DNA of 64,000 bases, taken from the NCBI RefSeq assembly GCF_009914755.1, contig NC_060926.1; one strand, 5' to 3'. The notes below the pieces were generated by a model. It worked only from the letters and a program-made list of their open reading frames with translations, made no database searches and was not told the origin of the DNA. The position numbers and the translations under genes were made by a program. This stretch comes from the human T2T-CHM13v2.0 reference genome, Homo sapiens. Shown here piece by piece: positions 28,997-44,100 of the stretch; within the stretch, counting starts at the first letter, position 1, and the number at the start of each line of letters is the position of its first letter.

Positions 28997-29040
<44 letters not shown>
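28985..29040. repeat. (TG)n(TA)n microsatellite
   Basis: gtgtgtgtgtatgtgtgtg...tatatatata. Confidence 0.95.
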
Positions 29041-32000
29041 AATTTTGTTCCTCTCTTATGTACTTTGGCAAAGGCACTCATTATTTGTCCCAATTTTTTT
29101 CAACTGCAAAGTTGTAATAATGATCCCTGCCTCCTTCTCTTTACTAGTAATAATGACACAATACAAAAGGTAAAAATATTGACAGTATATTAAGCTGTTT
29201 AAACAAAAAATATATACTACATAAAAAAGAATAGCATCAGACCTAATACCATTACCTTTGGATTAAGACAGAAGTAATTTAACATAGCTCTGCCACATTT
29301 TTCCATAGGGCCATTGACAAACTAACTAATATAAGTGAACCTCTATTTCCACACTTCTAAAATACGGAAGAGCCATAAGAAATCCAACCTCAATGTTTAT
29401 TTTATTTAACATACTTAACACAATTCCTGTTATACAGCACACAATAAATATTAGCATATTGCTAGTGTAAGTTCTTCCTATCAACTGTGAATTCATGAAG
29501 GTAAACTTCTGATGGCAAATGTAGGACTCACTTTACATATATTGATAAATATCAGACTCTATTCAATACCTTGGAGATGTCATCTTTTTGCAGAGGCAAT
29601 GTGCCATAAGAAATTTTTGTCTTCTCTTTGTTTTTTCAATCAGTGCACAATACACTTCTTGTTACTGAAAGACACCAGTAGGGAGGTCAATATAATTAAA
29701 AGATTGATCTTCTGGAAACAATGCTTAATAACAGGCATGAAAAAGGGAGAGTGATTTTGCATTTTCAAACACTGTCCTCAAGTTAATTTAACCTGAGCTG
29801 TTTGTGAGCCATCTAAAAAGTCTAGGATCAATATGTCCAGGCTGAAATCAATGGACCAAAGAGAAAAGGAGACAAACTCCAATTGGCTAGTTCATTCAGG
29901 TCGGTGACAGCCTTGTGAAAGACACTTGGTGGAACATCCATTTCATATGCTCCAGATGCTAACAGCTTAGATATAAAGGGCAATTGTTGTATTTTGCTTG
30001 TTCTCTAAAGTAGAAATCAATTATATATGTTTACTTGCAGATACACATAAACAAACACATTTTTATGTTAAAAAGTAAAAAAAAGAGTGGTTCTGAGAAC
30101 CTTCTTTTTTATTCCAAAATCTCTAAACAGAAACAAACAAACAAACAAATAGACCTTCAATAATCATCTACTGCATTGGTTTTCAAACTTTTGTCACCTA
30201 AGGATCTTCGGAACATCACATTTTTATTATCACATTTTGATCTTTTTATTTATGTTCTTATGGTTCTTGGCCAGTAGTCCTCTAAACTTGATTTTTTTTC
30301 CAAGCCAATTTCTCTTTTGTTCTATCAGTCTCTAATAGTTATTTTTTGTCAGAAACTATTTCAGTTCAACATTCACTGAGAGCTGAGCATGAGCAAAGCC
30401 TGGCATAAGATGTTCTCCCAATGTTGTAACCTCTGGGACATATATATTCTCTCTTCTTCCTTAACAGGAATTTGTATGAAAGATGCCAAAAGACTTACAC
30501 AGTACTTCCAGGTTATTATGGATTGTTAGGTCTAACACAAACCATAAATGAATGTCAAAAGGAATACAAAAACAGAGGTCAACAGAATTTCCTGAATGGT
30601 CATATGATCCAGTTTGCAGGAAATTTGAAATTTTTTTGCTTCTGTAAGTTATTCAAGCCCATAATAACCTACACAGAAATCAAGTAAAATACTCCTGACC
30701 CAAATATTTCAGTGATTTTTTTTCTAGGTCATTGTAATTGTATAAACATAAATAATATTGTATGCAATTATTCAATGTAAAAAACACAGCACAATCATGA
30801 GGGTGGATGCAAATTTATTTCATACTCATTTTGTATTCACATAACTTTCACTAAAGCAAAAACATTTATTGTTCATGTGGGATATATCACGAACATTAGA
30901 ACACATTATCCAACTAACTTATTTATGTGGAAATTTACATATGTCATCTTCACTTTCAATTAGCATCTAAGAAATTTTTGAGGAACCCGAGAGCTCACCA
31001 TCAAAACAATATACCCATGTAACAAACTGCACATGTCTAAAATACAAGCTGAAATTATTTTTTAGAAAAGAAGCTTACCAGTTAGTTGCAAGCAGAAACA
31101 CGAAGAATGGCATGGCAAAAAAAGGTAAATTCGACTTTTCTGATTGAATTATATGTTGGAAAATACAAAAATTAAACTTTTCTACTATTACATTTTTCAC
31201 AAAAATATAGATGAGAAAGCCATTTAGGGACAGAATGAACTCTACATAGAGGAATGGAATGGGTTGTTGGGTGATTATACAACTTTAAACAATTTAACCA
31301 CTGACAATATTAAAATTAATATTTAGCAAATAACTCTCTCTGAATCTAGTGGAATATGTGAGAAATATGAGGTACGCCCTCCATAAGCTTCATAAAATAA
31401 ATATTAGTAACAAAGTGAATGAAATAATTAAATAATTACAGTATGGGCCAGAGGGTTCTGTTTAGTTGGCCTTTCTTGTGATGCTGTTCCTAAATATCCT
31501 AAAAAGCTTAGCAGCTAATTATTCACCAAAAATAACCCCAAATCAAATTCAAAATTTTGACTTTCTTGGACAAAGTACAGAGAGTCAAAAACCCAAGTAG
31601 ACAATGTTCTTATTTTTTATTAAAGGTAAAACTCTCAAACCTATTTATGTTGCTATTATGATATAAAATGTTACATATTCTTTACAGGAATCTGGTCTGT
31701 GAAAATCTAGTTATTAGTTTCACAAATGATTTCCCATAAAATTCCTTTAAATAGTATACTCTTATAACACATTTAAAATTGATTATCGCCACAAAGCTTA
31801 ATTCACAAAGAATAGTTAATATATGATATATAGCCGTTGTTTTATGTATATCTATTTTCTCAATATTTTACATTTGTATAACTCATTACAGTTTAATGTG
31901 TTTAAAACAAATTATTTTATTTTATGTATTTGATAATTATTTTAAAAAGCCTTTTAAAGTTGTTAGGGAAATTATTATTGTCACCCATTTCATAGGGAGG

Positions 32001-32711
32001 GAATTGGGGCTGAGAAAGGTGAATTTTTCAAAAGTTAACCAGCTTCTAACAGACAAAGTCATTGCCACACCCCAGGTCTTCTATTCTAGACTTATAATTC
32101 TTTCCATACTGTCACAATATGACTCAAATTTTAAAATATCAGGGGTCCTTCCTATTGCTAATAACATTTCTTTGTGAACTGATATACAGTTTCAAATCCC
32201 TTGTTAATGTTTCTTCTTATTTTAGGATTTTAATTCCAGACTAGACATACTGTGAAATATTTAATTCAATTCCTTCATTGGATTACAACTATCTGTAAAA
32301 AATCATATAGATAAATCTTCTCTCATATTTAATAATCTACTGTTTATACTATATTTTCTGAGTTTTCAGTCCATTGTTTCTTTTCAGTAATGATTATCTT
32401 CAGATATTACCGAGTACAAAACTTCCAGTATCTAAATTGTCACCTGATCTGGTAAAATATCTGAGTTTAAAAATAAAAAACTCCTCATGAAACTCATCTC
32501 CAATAAAATTAATTTTTCATAGTTACATGTTTTTCTATTATACTGTTCCAACTCTATTTATACGCATTCTCTAGGTGCTTATGCTCTTCCTGATACCACA
32601 GTACCTGTGCACTTTGATATGTATGTGATCTGTGATCCTTGAGCACTCAGAGGAATGTTCAACATAGTTAAAATCATTCTCAGAAATAAAAGATGTCAGA
32701 AATTCCTTTCT

Positions 32712-33234
32712 CACGTATGTTTATTGCAGCACTGTTCACAATACCAAAGACTTGGAACCAGCCCAAATGCCCATCAATGATAGACTGGATCAAGAAAATG
32801 TGGCACATATACACCATGGAATACTATGCAGCCATAAAAAAGGATGAGTTCTTGTCGTTTGAAAAAAAAGGATGAGTTCGTGTCCTTTGCAGGGACATGG
32901 ATGAAGATGGAAACCATCACTCTCAGCAAACTAACACATGAACAGAAAACCAAACACAGCATGTTCTCACTCATAAGTGGGAGCTGAACAATGAGAACAC
33001 ATGGACACAGTGAGGGGAACATCACACATCGGGGCCTTTCAGGGGTGGGGGGCTAGGGGAAGGATAGCATTAGGAGAAATACCTAATGTAGATGACGGGT
33101 TGGTGGGTCCAGCAAACCACCATGGCACAAGTATACCTATGTAACAAACCTGCACGTTCTGCACATGTACCCTAGAACTTACTGTATAATTTAAAAAACA
33201 CACATTAAACTATGAGAAAGAAAAAAGAAAAAAA
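32712..33234 (+). mobile_element. L1PA 3' end, 5'-truncated, with TSD
   Basis: Encodes RMFIAALFTIPKTWNQPKCPSMIDWIKKMWHIYTMEYY (ORF2p C-terminus). TSD agaaattcctttct (32698-32711) / agaaatacctttct (33235-33248). Confidence 0.93.
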
Positions 33235-35853
33235 AGAAATACCTTTCTAGTAGTCCTACTTTTCTTCAAAATGGCTCAATATATTATCACATATGGTATC
33301 TCAATTGCACTCTCAATTTTACTGTTACAGATCTAACAGATATGAGGAAGATCTTATTCATTGTTTACCATAAGGAAAATCGTAACAAAAGATTTTGAGC
33401 AACACAATACAAGTTTTAAGGCATTTGGATAATCTTATTTATTATATTCAACTTCTCTTGACTCAGTACTAATGTATAGGTTTGTATTGTGTTTTTATAA
33501 TCAAAAAGCAAACTATTTTTCCAAAATGTATTCCACATAATCTAATAAAATGAACATGTGCCTAATTACAGAAACCACCAATTTGAAACCATGACATTCC
33601 TGGGCATTCACGGTGATTCTGCCTTGTGATTTTAGTTCTTTCCTTCCTTGAGAAGTGGGATTTCTGGGCTGTCCAGGAATTAGAGTGTCTGTATTCTACA
33701 TGATAATTAGCATGCCCAATTCTTAATCACTTGGCTTTCAATTGTGACAGGACTGACAGAATGAAGACCCTCGAGTTATTAGCAAGAAGATGTTAGATTA
33801 AATCTTTCCTGTATCACCCATGAGTGGAAGTCAAATTTATCTCAGAGCTCATATTCAATACATCCTTAATTTTCCCATCCTTCTTAGGCTTCTCCAAAAT
33901 CAACTTCCTTTTTGTACTGTGCCCACCATATTCCAACCAATCCATTATTTTCAGGCGCCCATAAAAAATTTATGGCAGGAATGTTGAGGCATTTATTTCA
34001 TCAAGTTAGTACAGCCCAGTTTGTAAGGTTCATAGTATTTTCTTTCTCTTCTCTGTTTTCTCTCCCTTTAGATATTGTAATTTCCACTTGGGTGACAGAT
34101 CTCTGTATTAGACTCTTTACCTTACTTCTTTCCTGGAATACTAAGCCAAGTGATAACATTTAGTTACTTTTCTTAACTATGAGAAATTAAAGTAATTTTA
34201 TGTTTGGATCTTTGGATTCTTTGTCCACTTCACCTATTTTGATGACTAAGTTTCATTTCATTCAACATAAGACATGTGAATCATATTCATACTTTTTACC
34301 TTAGTACAATCTGTGACATTCTGACAAAGACAGGGAAAAAAATTCCTGCGTTTCCAATCACTTTTTGGGAAGAGAGTGCTTTGTCTCAACAGCATTAGTA
34401 TAGTACTTTGTACTTTTAAAGAGAGTACAAATACATTATGCTATCTGATCCTCTTAAAAACCCTCTGAGATAGGCTGGACACATTAAAGACAAAGACATA
34501 GGCTCAAAGAGATTTTCTAACAAAGCTGGTTAGTTAGTGGCAAAATTAGATCTCCTGATGCTTAGCCTGTGCTCTTTCTGCTACACTGAAGGCTTAGCTG
34601 AAAAAGTTGAAAGGAAAATTTTCTAAGGCTTGCAATATATCATTTTTAAAAGTTTTTTTCTTATTTTTTAAGATAAAAAAACCCGCCTTCACTTTAGATA
34701 AGTTGTAAAACCTTGAAAATATAAATAGATTGAAACTCACCAATAATGTTACTATCTGAAGGAAAACTTTTTCCATAAATATATTCATTTATATTTACAT
34801 AGTTGACATCATTAAAATTATAACTCAATTTCCTATTAACACTATCAATTTCTATTTATATCAAATATATTAATGTCTTTGAATATTTTTGAGACATTTC
34901 AAAAAAGGCTATATAATATTTTATCACCTGCATACACCATCATTACTTTTACCATTTTATTATTGGGCAATCAAGTTCTTTCTAATTTTTCACATAATAA
35001 ATAATAATGTAATAACCTTGCAATTACATCTATGTTGAAAATCAAAGAATTACTAGTCATAGGATATAAATATTTTTAAAATCTTTGCTGCATACTGCCA
35101 AATGATTTTCTAAAGCTTTGATCAATTTACATTGTTCCAACAGTGTAGGTAAATATCCAGCATTAAATTGCGTAGCTTAATTTTTGAAATTTGACCAACT
35201 TGTCAACTTGTTTTGTTTCACATTCTTTTGATTACTAATGCTTTGTTTTCAGTTTTACTAAGAAATTTTTCGTTCACTTTCCTGCATGATATTTTAAACA
35301 TACTTGTCCTTCTTACGCCTTTAATTTTTGCACTATCTCAAATCACTCATCCCTTACTGTGTCCTTAGGTCAGTGGGTTTTTAGCCTTATGCACTAGAGA
35401 AAACTTCTCGAGATAAGTACTTAAATCATAATTAGCCATGTGTTCGTCAATATTCTCTTCTACTGGGGTAGAAAACAATTTTTCAGGTTTTCCCAAGAAC
35501 TGATGCTGCCAACTTCTGTGATGCTACAGAGAATGACAGCTCACTATAATAAAGCCTTATAAGTTAAAAGGTTGATTCAATTCAATTCCATTTCTTCTTC
35601 CTTATAATTGCTGGAAATCCCACTCTTCCCTGGTTAAGTCGCTAAGAAAAAATAAACGTAATTGCCTACATGCTACTTTACTTTATTTTACATTTTATGT
35701 ATTTAAGAGCCATATAAAAACAGGGTCATTTTTATATATTCTTCTGGGATTGCTTACTTAACGTACTTCTGTGTTTATCTATGTAGATGCATATATCCAT
35801 AGCTTATTTTTATTGCTGTACAGTATTTCATTGTGTAACAATACAATTTATTG

Positions 35854-36195
<342 letters not shown>

Positions 36196-37418
36196 ATTTA
36201 AGGATTCTTCTAAACATGACTATTTGAGCAGTTTTCAGTTCTTTGTCACTAACTTATGCTATGGGCATTTTGTGCATATTTCCTGGTGGCCATTTGCAAA
36301 AACTTTCCCAGAGTAAATAAATATAATTATTGGATTATAGGTTGTCCTCTTGGGAAGAGGCATAATAAAACCTATATAAAATAATTATATTCTCAATCAT
36401 AAATGAGGTGCTCACAACTTTCTTGGTTGCTATAATTAAGGCAAGATAAGAAATTAGTTTCAAAAGACTTATTTTTTTAAAAAAAGAAGAGAAACAACAA
36501 CAAATAAAAAACAGAGCCACCTCCAAGTTTAACCCAGTTCTTATTTCCTTTGAATTTTCTTCCAAAATTATATATTATGCCATCAGAGCCTAGTGGTGAT
36601 GCATGCATTGTGGACAACTGCCTTCAAACATATCCCAGGATGCCATCTTAGCACAGCAGTAGTATAAATGACCTAGGAAAGACACACTATACAGTGCCAG
36701 TCTATGGGCTTTCTAAAGCAGGAAGAGTGGTGAGCATTCGTTATTGATTACATTTATTTAATACTCCCATGGTGTCAAAATTTGGATTCAGGAAGCAATA
36801 AAGCGAATGAAACTGGAAAGCCTAAGCTTGAAAATCCAAGTAGATCCACAAGGTAAGGCAAAAGCCAGGTGTCAGAATGTGGAATAAGGAAAGGAGTGAA
36901 CTATTTCAGATAGGAGCGCTCAGAGATAAGTGACCAAATGAGGGTCAGAGGACAGATGAGCGTACTCAGATGACATATGCAGAATGACCATGAGTCAGCA
37001 GACAAAACACACAGAGATCTAAGCAACTGTCTACTCCAGCAAGGCAACCAAAGGCAGCCCATCTGAAGGCAAGTTGTAGAGCACCCAGAAGTCATGTGTG
37101 TGTTAGAAAAGCCTAGCAACAGTTCTCACAATTGTGATCAGTTGGAGAAAATATTATTCCTAAAACTGCCCCTTAGGGAGAAGGCTGTATTTGCTTGAAA
37201 GGCAAGCAGTGACAAGTGTTTTTGGGGAAAAAAAGCTCAAATATTAAAGGCACCGATAGTGATCAAAATTTTAGAGGAAGGAATGAATCCAATTCTACCC
37301 GAGGAACATTAAAGGAATGTTTTTCTCCTGAGAAGGAGAGAAAATAAAAATAGTTAGAAGAAAGGAGAGTTAGGGAAGGAGGAGAAACAATATGCAGGGC
37401 TCAATTAAAAGCCTTTTC

Positions 37419-37850
37419 ATAGACATGGAGTCAATCCAAATGCCCATCAATAATACAGTGGATAAAGAAAATGTGGTACATATACACCATGGAATACTAT
37501 TCAGCCATAAAAAGGAACCACATCAAGTCCTTTACAGGGACATGGATGAAGCTGGAAGCCATTATCCTCAGCAAACTAACACAGGAACAGAAAACCATAC
37601 ACCACATGTTCTCACTCATAAGTGACAGCTGAACAATAAGAACACATGGACACAAGGAGGGGAACAACACACACTGGGGCCTGTCAGGGGGTAGGATTGA
37701 GGGCGGGAGAGCATTAGGAAAAACTCCTAATGCATGCTGGGCTTAATACCTAGGTGATGAGTTGATAGGTGCAGCAAACCACCAGGACACACATTTACCT
37801 ATGTAACAAACCTGCACAACCTGCACATGTACCCTGGAATTTTAAATTAA
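37419..37850 (+). mobile_element. L1PA (old) 3' end
   Basis: aaagaaaatgtggtacatatacaccatggaatactattcagcc...tgtaacaaacctgcac. Confidence 0.9.
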
Positions 37851-39039
37851 ATAATCCTTTCCAAAACTGCTTCTGTAAACCTTCAACATTTTTCTCATGA
37901 AGTTTATGTGTGAGTATGTTTTTTAAAAAAATCAAATCCTGTTAAAGAGATGAGTTTCAAATCTGCATGGAGCTAGGGTGAGATCAGGGCAGTGTGCAAA
38001 GTAGGGGTTAAAAATGGAGGTAACAAAGGGGAGATAAGTACTAGGGATCTTTCAACCATCACAGTGAAAACTTTTAGTCTGTTGCCAGCTACAGTCTGAT
38101 GAGCAGTTTAAATTCTAATGTACTGCCAGGTTAGACACAAAAATTGTTCCAGGGCCAGAAGTTGGTTTGAGCCCATAGGGGCAGAGTGGAATGGTTTGTT
38201 ATGTTAGGATTAAAAGAATTCAGACAAGGGGTCAAATTCATAGCACACATGAGTCAAAACGGGCATGTGGAATCAGTGTAAATGCCAAACACTGCCTTAA
38301 AAGATAAGCAAGGATGACGTTAACAATAATGTGTACAAATATATAATATGGGTTATTTTTAAAGTTAGCCTAATTAAGATTTTTGAAACAATTTTCTTTG
38401 TTACATTTGTTTTATGCTAAAGATTTTCCACATAATCTGAATGAAGGTATTAAAGAGAAATTGTGAAGGAGTGCATGATGGAAAAATTGAAAACCAGCAA
38501 CACAAAACAAACTCTGAAAAGACAGGCAGAGAGAGAGTGTTAGGAGATAATGGAGAGAGACCAGATGAGAAGAGGTGGGCCAAGCAAACTGCAACATCCA
38601 ACACATCCAGCCAGATTAGCCTTCTCGCAGATTTAATTTTGCCATATTTCCATGTTTGCATGCTTTTAATAAGGGCTATAAATAACCTTTAATATGGTTA
38701 GGTTGAAAAATAGGGAGGAAATGAAAGGTAGGATTTAACTTAAAGTCATATTTTATTGAACGATTTTGTAATCACCAGATACCTTTCCTGTATTGTAAAA
38801 AGCAAACAAACAAACAAAGATTAGGACCATCTTCCTAGTCCTGTGAGTAGCATTTGTCATGACCAATCAGCTGCTTCTTTGCACTTTTCTTTCCTCTCTT
38901 TGTATATTGATCTTCTGATTGTCTTGCTTTTTGTCCTGACTCTCAACTCTGTGTGTTTTCCAGCCCGATTTTAACATGAGTATTCCTAAAAGTTCTCGCC
39001 ATGGACTTATCTCTTCTCAAACTATACTTTCTATTGAGA

Positions 39040-39260
39040 ACAGCACAGTTTCGAGACTAAAAATACATAGTTTGAAGATAGCCTGTCTGGATTTGAATCC
39101 TCACTGTACAACACACATAGAAATACTCTCTCTGGGCCTCTCTTTCTCCATTTATAAGATGGTAACAATAACAGCACCTTCCTCTCAAGGCTGCTGTGAA
39201 CGTAAATAATTTAAAGTATGACAAATGCTTAGGACAATGTCTGGCATACAATACAATTAA
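39040..39260 (+). mobile_element. MIR
   Basis: ctggatttgaatcct...tctctgggcctctctttctccatttataagatgg...tgcttaggacaatgtctggcataca. Confidence 0.7.
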
Positions 39261-40494
39261 TACTTTGGCCTTGCTATGATGATGCTTAGAAAAAGGTTAC
39301 ATCCATTCCTGTATCTTCAAATTCTGGCCATCCTGAGAATAATTTTTGATTCTGTTTTTCCTCCAATTCTTCACCTGTAACTTTACTCCTGCAGTGATAA
39401 ATTCCTGTTGGGTATTGCTACCTGATCATTCTGCCAGCACCTCCACTGAACATAACCAAATCTGAAGTCAGTCCTCGGTTTTTTTTTCCTCTGATTATTC
39501 TTCTGACACTATTCTCTTTTTGCTTTTTTGTTTTTAATGATATGACAGTCTTTCCACTAATCGACCCTTAAAATTTCTTGGTCAACTTACATATCTTATT
39601 CTTCAACTTCCACATCTCATCTGCCTTTAAGTTCTAGCTTCCTTTCACAAATGCTCGTCATATGCATTCACTTTTTCTATTTCCTCTTCACTGCCTAAAT
39701 CCAGACACTCATCATTGTTTATCTGAATTAGTCCACATTATCTGTGAACTGATATCCTTACTTCTATCATCTCTTCGACGCATCTGCATGAGCAGCACAT
39801 GTTAAAACTGCGCTAATCATTCCTTGCTCAAATTACATTTAAAAGTTGTCATATTTAAGAGTACTTTAAAATTCATTAGTTTGATTTTTGTATTACTTTA
39901 TTTTTCTTTTTAGAAATTGTATGTATTTAAATATGCTTTATCATCTACCCACAAGCTATGTCTCCATATTTGTCTTCCATGACAATTAAAGCCTTCTCTG
40001 CTCCAGTCATGTCCACAGCTCAGAGATCCCCAATCATGCCTAGGTTTCTCACCACCATGTTTTGCTAACTGGAATACATTTCTCCCTTATTTCAGCTTAT
40101 CAAAATTTTTCCCAACATTTGAGACCCAATCCAAATTCCTTTTCTGCATGAAGCTTTTCTGTTCCCCTGGTACAGTAGATCCAGCATTTCTTTCCTTTTT
40201 CCAATCCTAGCACTTATTTAGAATTGATAAAAAGCTGTCATGCTATGTACCAGAAAGCACAAACAATATACTTTAAAAAGGGTTGGATATCATAGGACTG
40301 TCATTTACATTACTCATAATATCTCTATAATGTAGGTAAGTATATATTGCATGTTCAAATTATTTATATTTGCATGTGCAAAAATTGAAGATGAAAGGTT
40401 AAACAAGTTTCCCAATTATATTCCTAGAAACAGCCAGAAACAAGAAAGCATACCAAATATGTGTGTCTCTTAAATCTGTGCTCATTAGCATTAA

Positions 40495-40650
40495 TTTTGG
40501 TAGTTTTTAAAGGATCACCTACATCAGAGGCATCTTGAGGTGCTTACTAAAACGTAAATTCCTACTTACATGGCTACTGGGGAAGGGATCAGACTCTGCG
40601 TCTTTAATAATTTATCCAGGTGATTCTCATGTACTGTACAATTTGCAAAA
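40495..40650. mobile_element. MER5A-like DNA transposon
   Basis: catcagaggcatcttgaggtgcttactaaaa...ctctgcgtctttaataatttatccaggtgattctcatgtac. Confidence 0.55.
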
Positions 40651-42889
40651 TAGTTCATTGAACCTTTTTTATTATCTATTACTATATATATTAAATTCAG
40701 TGAAGGATTAGTTTCTTGTGGGCAAAAATCATGTCTTATTTCAAATATGTACCTATAACAGTTCATAGTACAGTGCCTGATACATAATATATGCTCAATA
40801 AATTTTGGTTGAATTATTGCCAATTTCTATGTTTCACCACAGCAAAAATTATTATAAACCCATCAGCGGTCAGTAATATATTTGCCTTATGTGGCAAGCT
40901 GTAAGAAATATATTCGAAGATTTAACATATACACAGAAATACACTCACATATGCATATTAACTGCAGAATATTTGGAAGAATACAGAAAAACAGAAGAAT
41001 GAAGATCACCCAAGGAGAAAGCCTTTTGTCATATTTATGTATTTCTTTAGGAATTCCCTCTATATTATGTATAGGTCATATTTATACATATGTAGATTAT
41101 ATATATATAAACACTTGCTTACAAAATAGAAAAACGGTAATGTTTCTGTCAATTTCTACTTGATATAAAATCTGGTGCTACTCTTATTTAAGTGCAACTG
41201 TCTATATAATGACCTTTTCTTTGCAATGTTGTTTCCAGATTCTTGTGGGGCTTCCAAAATAATATAAAAGTCTCCTCACCTTCTTTCAAGAAGAATCACA
41301 GAAGCTTAGAAGTGAAGTAGACAATGATTTAACTTTCAGTGGCTTCTTATCATTGTGTTGACTTTATTTGGTGAAGACATGAGGTTCAGCACAACCTGTA
41401 TTAGAAGGGTCTCTCTCATATTAACGACATATGATGCACCACCCGGGTTAACAGAAACAAAACTTCAAAAGCGTTTCAGAAGAGGAAGAAACTGTAACTC
41501 TGTCACCTGAGGCTCTGCATACCCTTGAACATCTCTTACTTCTTTCCTGAGGATAAAAATAATGGTAATTCCAAGGCGATAAGTAAAATGATCCATCTTT
41601 GAAACTTTGACTCAAGAATAGAAACTCTTTTATCTGATTCTCTTCTCACATCTAAGAGGAATTCATATTTTCAAATTTTTCACCTGCTAACGGTGAAAAA
41701 GGCACATTATCCTAGTAGGGATAGGGGAGTTTAAAGCAAAAGATGGCAGATTCACTAACTCGTTACCTACTCCCTCTCCCAAAAGTCCCTTACAAGGACA
41801 GTAACAAGATTAATGCATGAAATCAAAAGAACAAAAATAATACAAAAGGAGATCATAGCAAAAGCTTTTTGGAAATGGATACAGCAGAAAGATGAATGAC
41901 AATTCATTAGCAGATGCAAATAGCCAAGTCTCGGGATGGCATTTAGGAAAAATTAAGAGGCAGCAGAAATTGTGCTGAAGGTCCCAAAATGTTCATAGAA
42001 TGTTTATTTCAAGTCTTTCTAGAAGTACGATAAAAAGTAGAGTTGAACACAAGTCGATTTGTTAAACTCTCAGAAGATAGGTCCTTAAATTTCTTTCAGC
42101 AGCCCACCAAGCTGAAAATGGCTCATTCAAAACCTTCACATAAGACCAGAGGAACATGCTCTCGAAGTACTGATACAAATGGGACACCTGCCTCACACTG
42201 TATACAGAAATTAAACCCATATCTGTTGAACATCAGCGCTGTCACTTACCATTATACTACACTGTTGGTCACTTTTTTCATACACTTCTATTGCCAGTAA
42301 TAATAACAAGGAAGAACAAATTTGGATACACTTTCACATGGGATCTTACTATTAGCAAATTCTTTTTCTCTTGACATTTTGGAGATGGTTTTATGTTTGT
42401 ACCTCAGTCTTTATAACAGCTGCATCCCTATTCCTATAAGAAATGTGTCATATTTTGTTATTTTCTCACTCTTATTTTGTCATGTAGCCTGTTCCCATTT
42501 TTCTATATTACCATAATTATTAAAGTGAACATGCTTGTGCAGTTTTTCCTATTTTGCCCTTGCACTGTAAATTCACTAAGACATATTTCTAGAGAGAGAA
42601 TTGTTGGTTCTAAGGGTATGTGTGTTTTAAATTTTGAGATATACTGCCACATTGCCCTCCAAAAGAGGTTTTACTGCTTTATACTAACACTATAATTACA
42701 AGAAAGGGGCTATTTCTTGAATATCACCCATCACTTAAAATTGTATCAACATTTTAAGTTTTGGTCAATCTTATATGTGAATAGATCTCATTTTAAAAGT
42801 TTAATTTCTGGTATTAGAGAAGTTGAACATCTTCTCCTCTGCTAATGACCACTTGTGTTTCTTCCATGAATTCTACTGTACCCAAATAT

Positions 42890-44100
42890 TTCTCCCTTGC
42901 ACACTATTACTATGGGTAAGCCCTCTGTGCCATGCCTAAAGCCTACCCTTTGATTAGCATTAGGTGCCATCCTTCATCTACATAGGGCCCCAGCAGTACT
43001 CTTGTTTTGTTTCCTAAATCATTTTTCTCTCTTCGTTGAATTATTTCAACCAGCATATAAACATGCCATAATTTCTCCAAAAGAAAAAATTTTTTGTGAT
43101 CTTCAACTTCCATTCACCTACTAACCCATGATGTTGTACCCCTTTCAGCCAAACCCCTTTCTCATTGTTTCCAAATCCTCTCCTTCAGTTCTCTCTTGTA
43201 CCTATTCCAATCAGGTGTTATTCCTCACCATTCTATCAAAACAGCTCTTGTCTATGGCATCCATCATTTTCATGCTGCTAAATTCAATATCTTACTCTCA
43301 GTCCTCATCTTCCTCTACCTTTCTGCACCATTTGACACAGTTGCTTACTCCCTCCCTCCTGAAACTCTGATCACTTGATGTCCAGGAACTCACTTTCTAA
43401 GTTCTTCTCATGTGTCATTTGGGGGCTCCACCTTCATCGCTTTCACTGATGCTCTGCTTTTTGGACTACACCTGACCTGCTTCTTGAACCTCTTCCTCAT
43501 TCCTCTCACAGGTTTCCCCATCTCAGCAAATGGCAGTATTACTCTTCCAGTTACTCCAGTCAAAATCCTTGCTGTTATTTTACCCATTTTCTCTCAAATT
43601 TAAGATTAAATCCATCAGCATTTCACATTAAATCTCCCTAAATAATATGTCCAAAATCTAACCATCTATCTTCTCCATCACATCTACCCCTATAGTTCAA
43701 GGGAGAGTATCTCTTCCCTGGATTATTGCAATAGCTTCTCATCTTGCCTCATTTCTACCCGGTACATCTCCCTGCAGTATATCTTCTATGAAGAAATCAG
43801 AGGAACCCTTTAAACATGTAAGTCAGACCAGGTAATTCCTATGTTCAAAATCTGCAGTTGATTCCCATATCACTCAGGACAAAAGCCAACAGCCTTACAA
43901 GGATCTACAAAATATTACATGATCTCATTTTCTACTGCTCTATGCCTTGCTGAATTTACTGTAGACACGCCATCTTTTTGAAAGTCCCTCAGATATGTCC
44001 AGTGTATTTCACTCTTTGAGTCTTTGCTCTTGCCTCCTTGCTTCTTTTGGATATTTTCTTAAATTTCATCTCATCAGAGAGACCTTCACTGATGTACTCT
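42890..44100 (+). mobile_element. L2 fragment
   Basis: ttctcagtcctcatcttcct...catttgacacagttg; cccatctcagcaaatggca; cctggattattgcaatagc. Confidence 0.75.
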
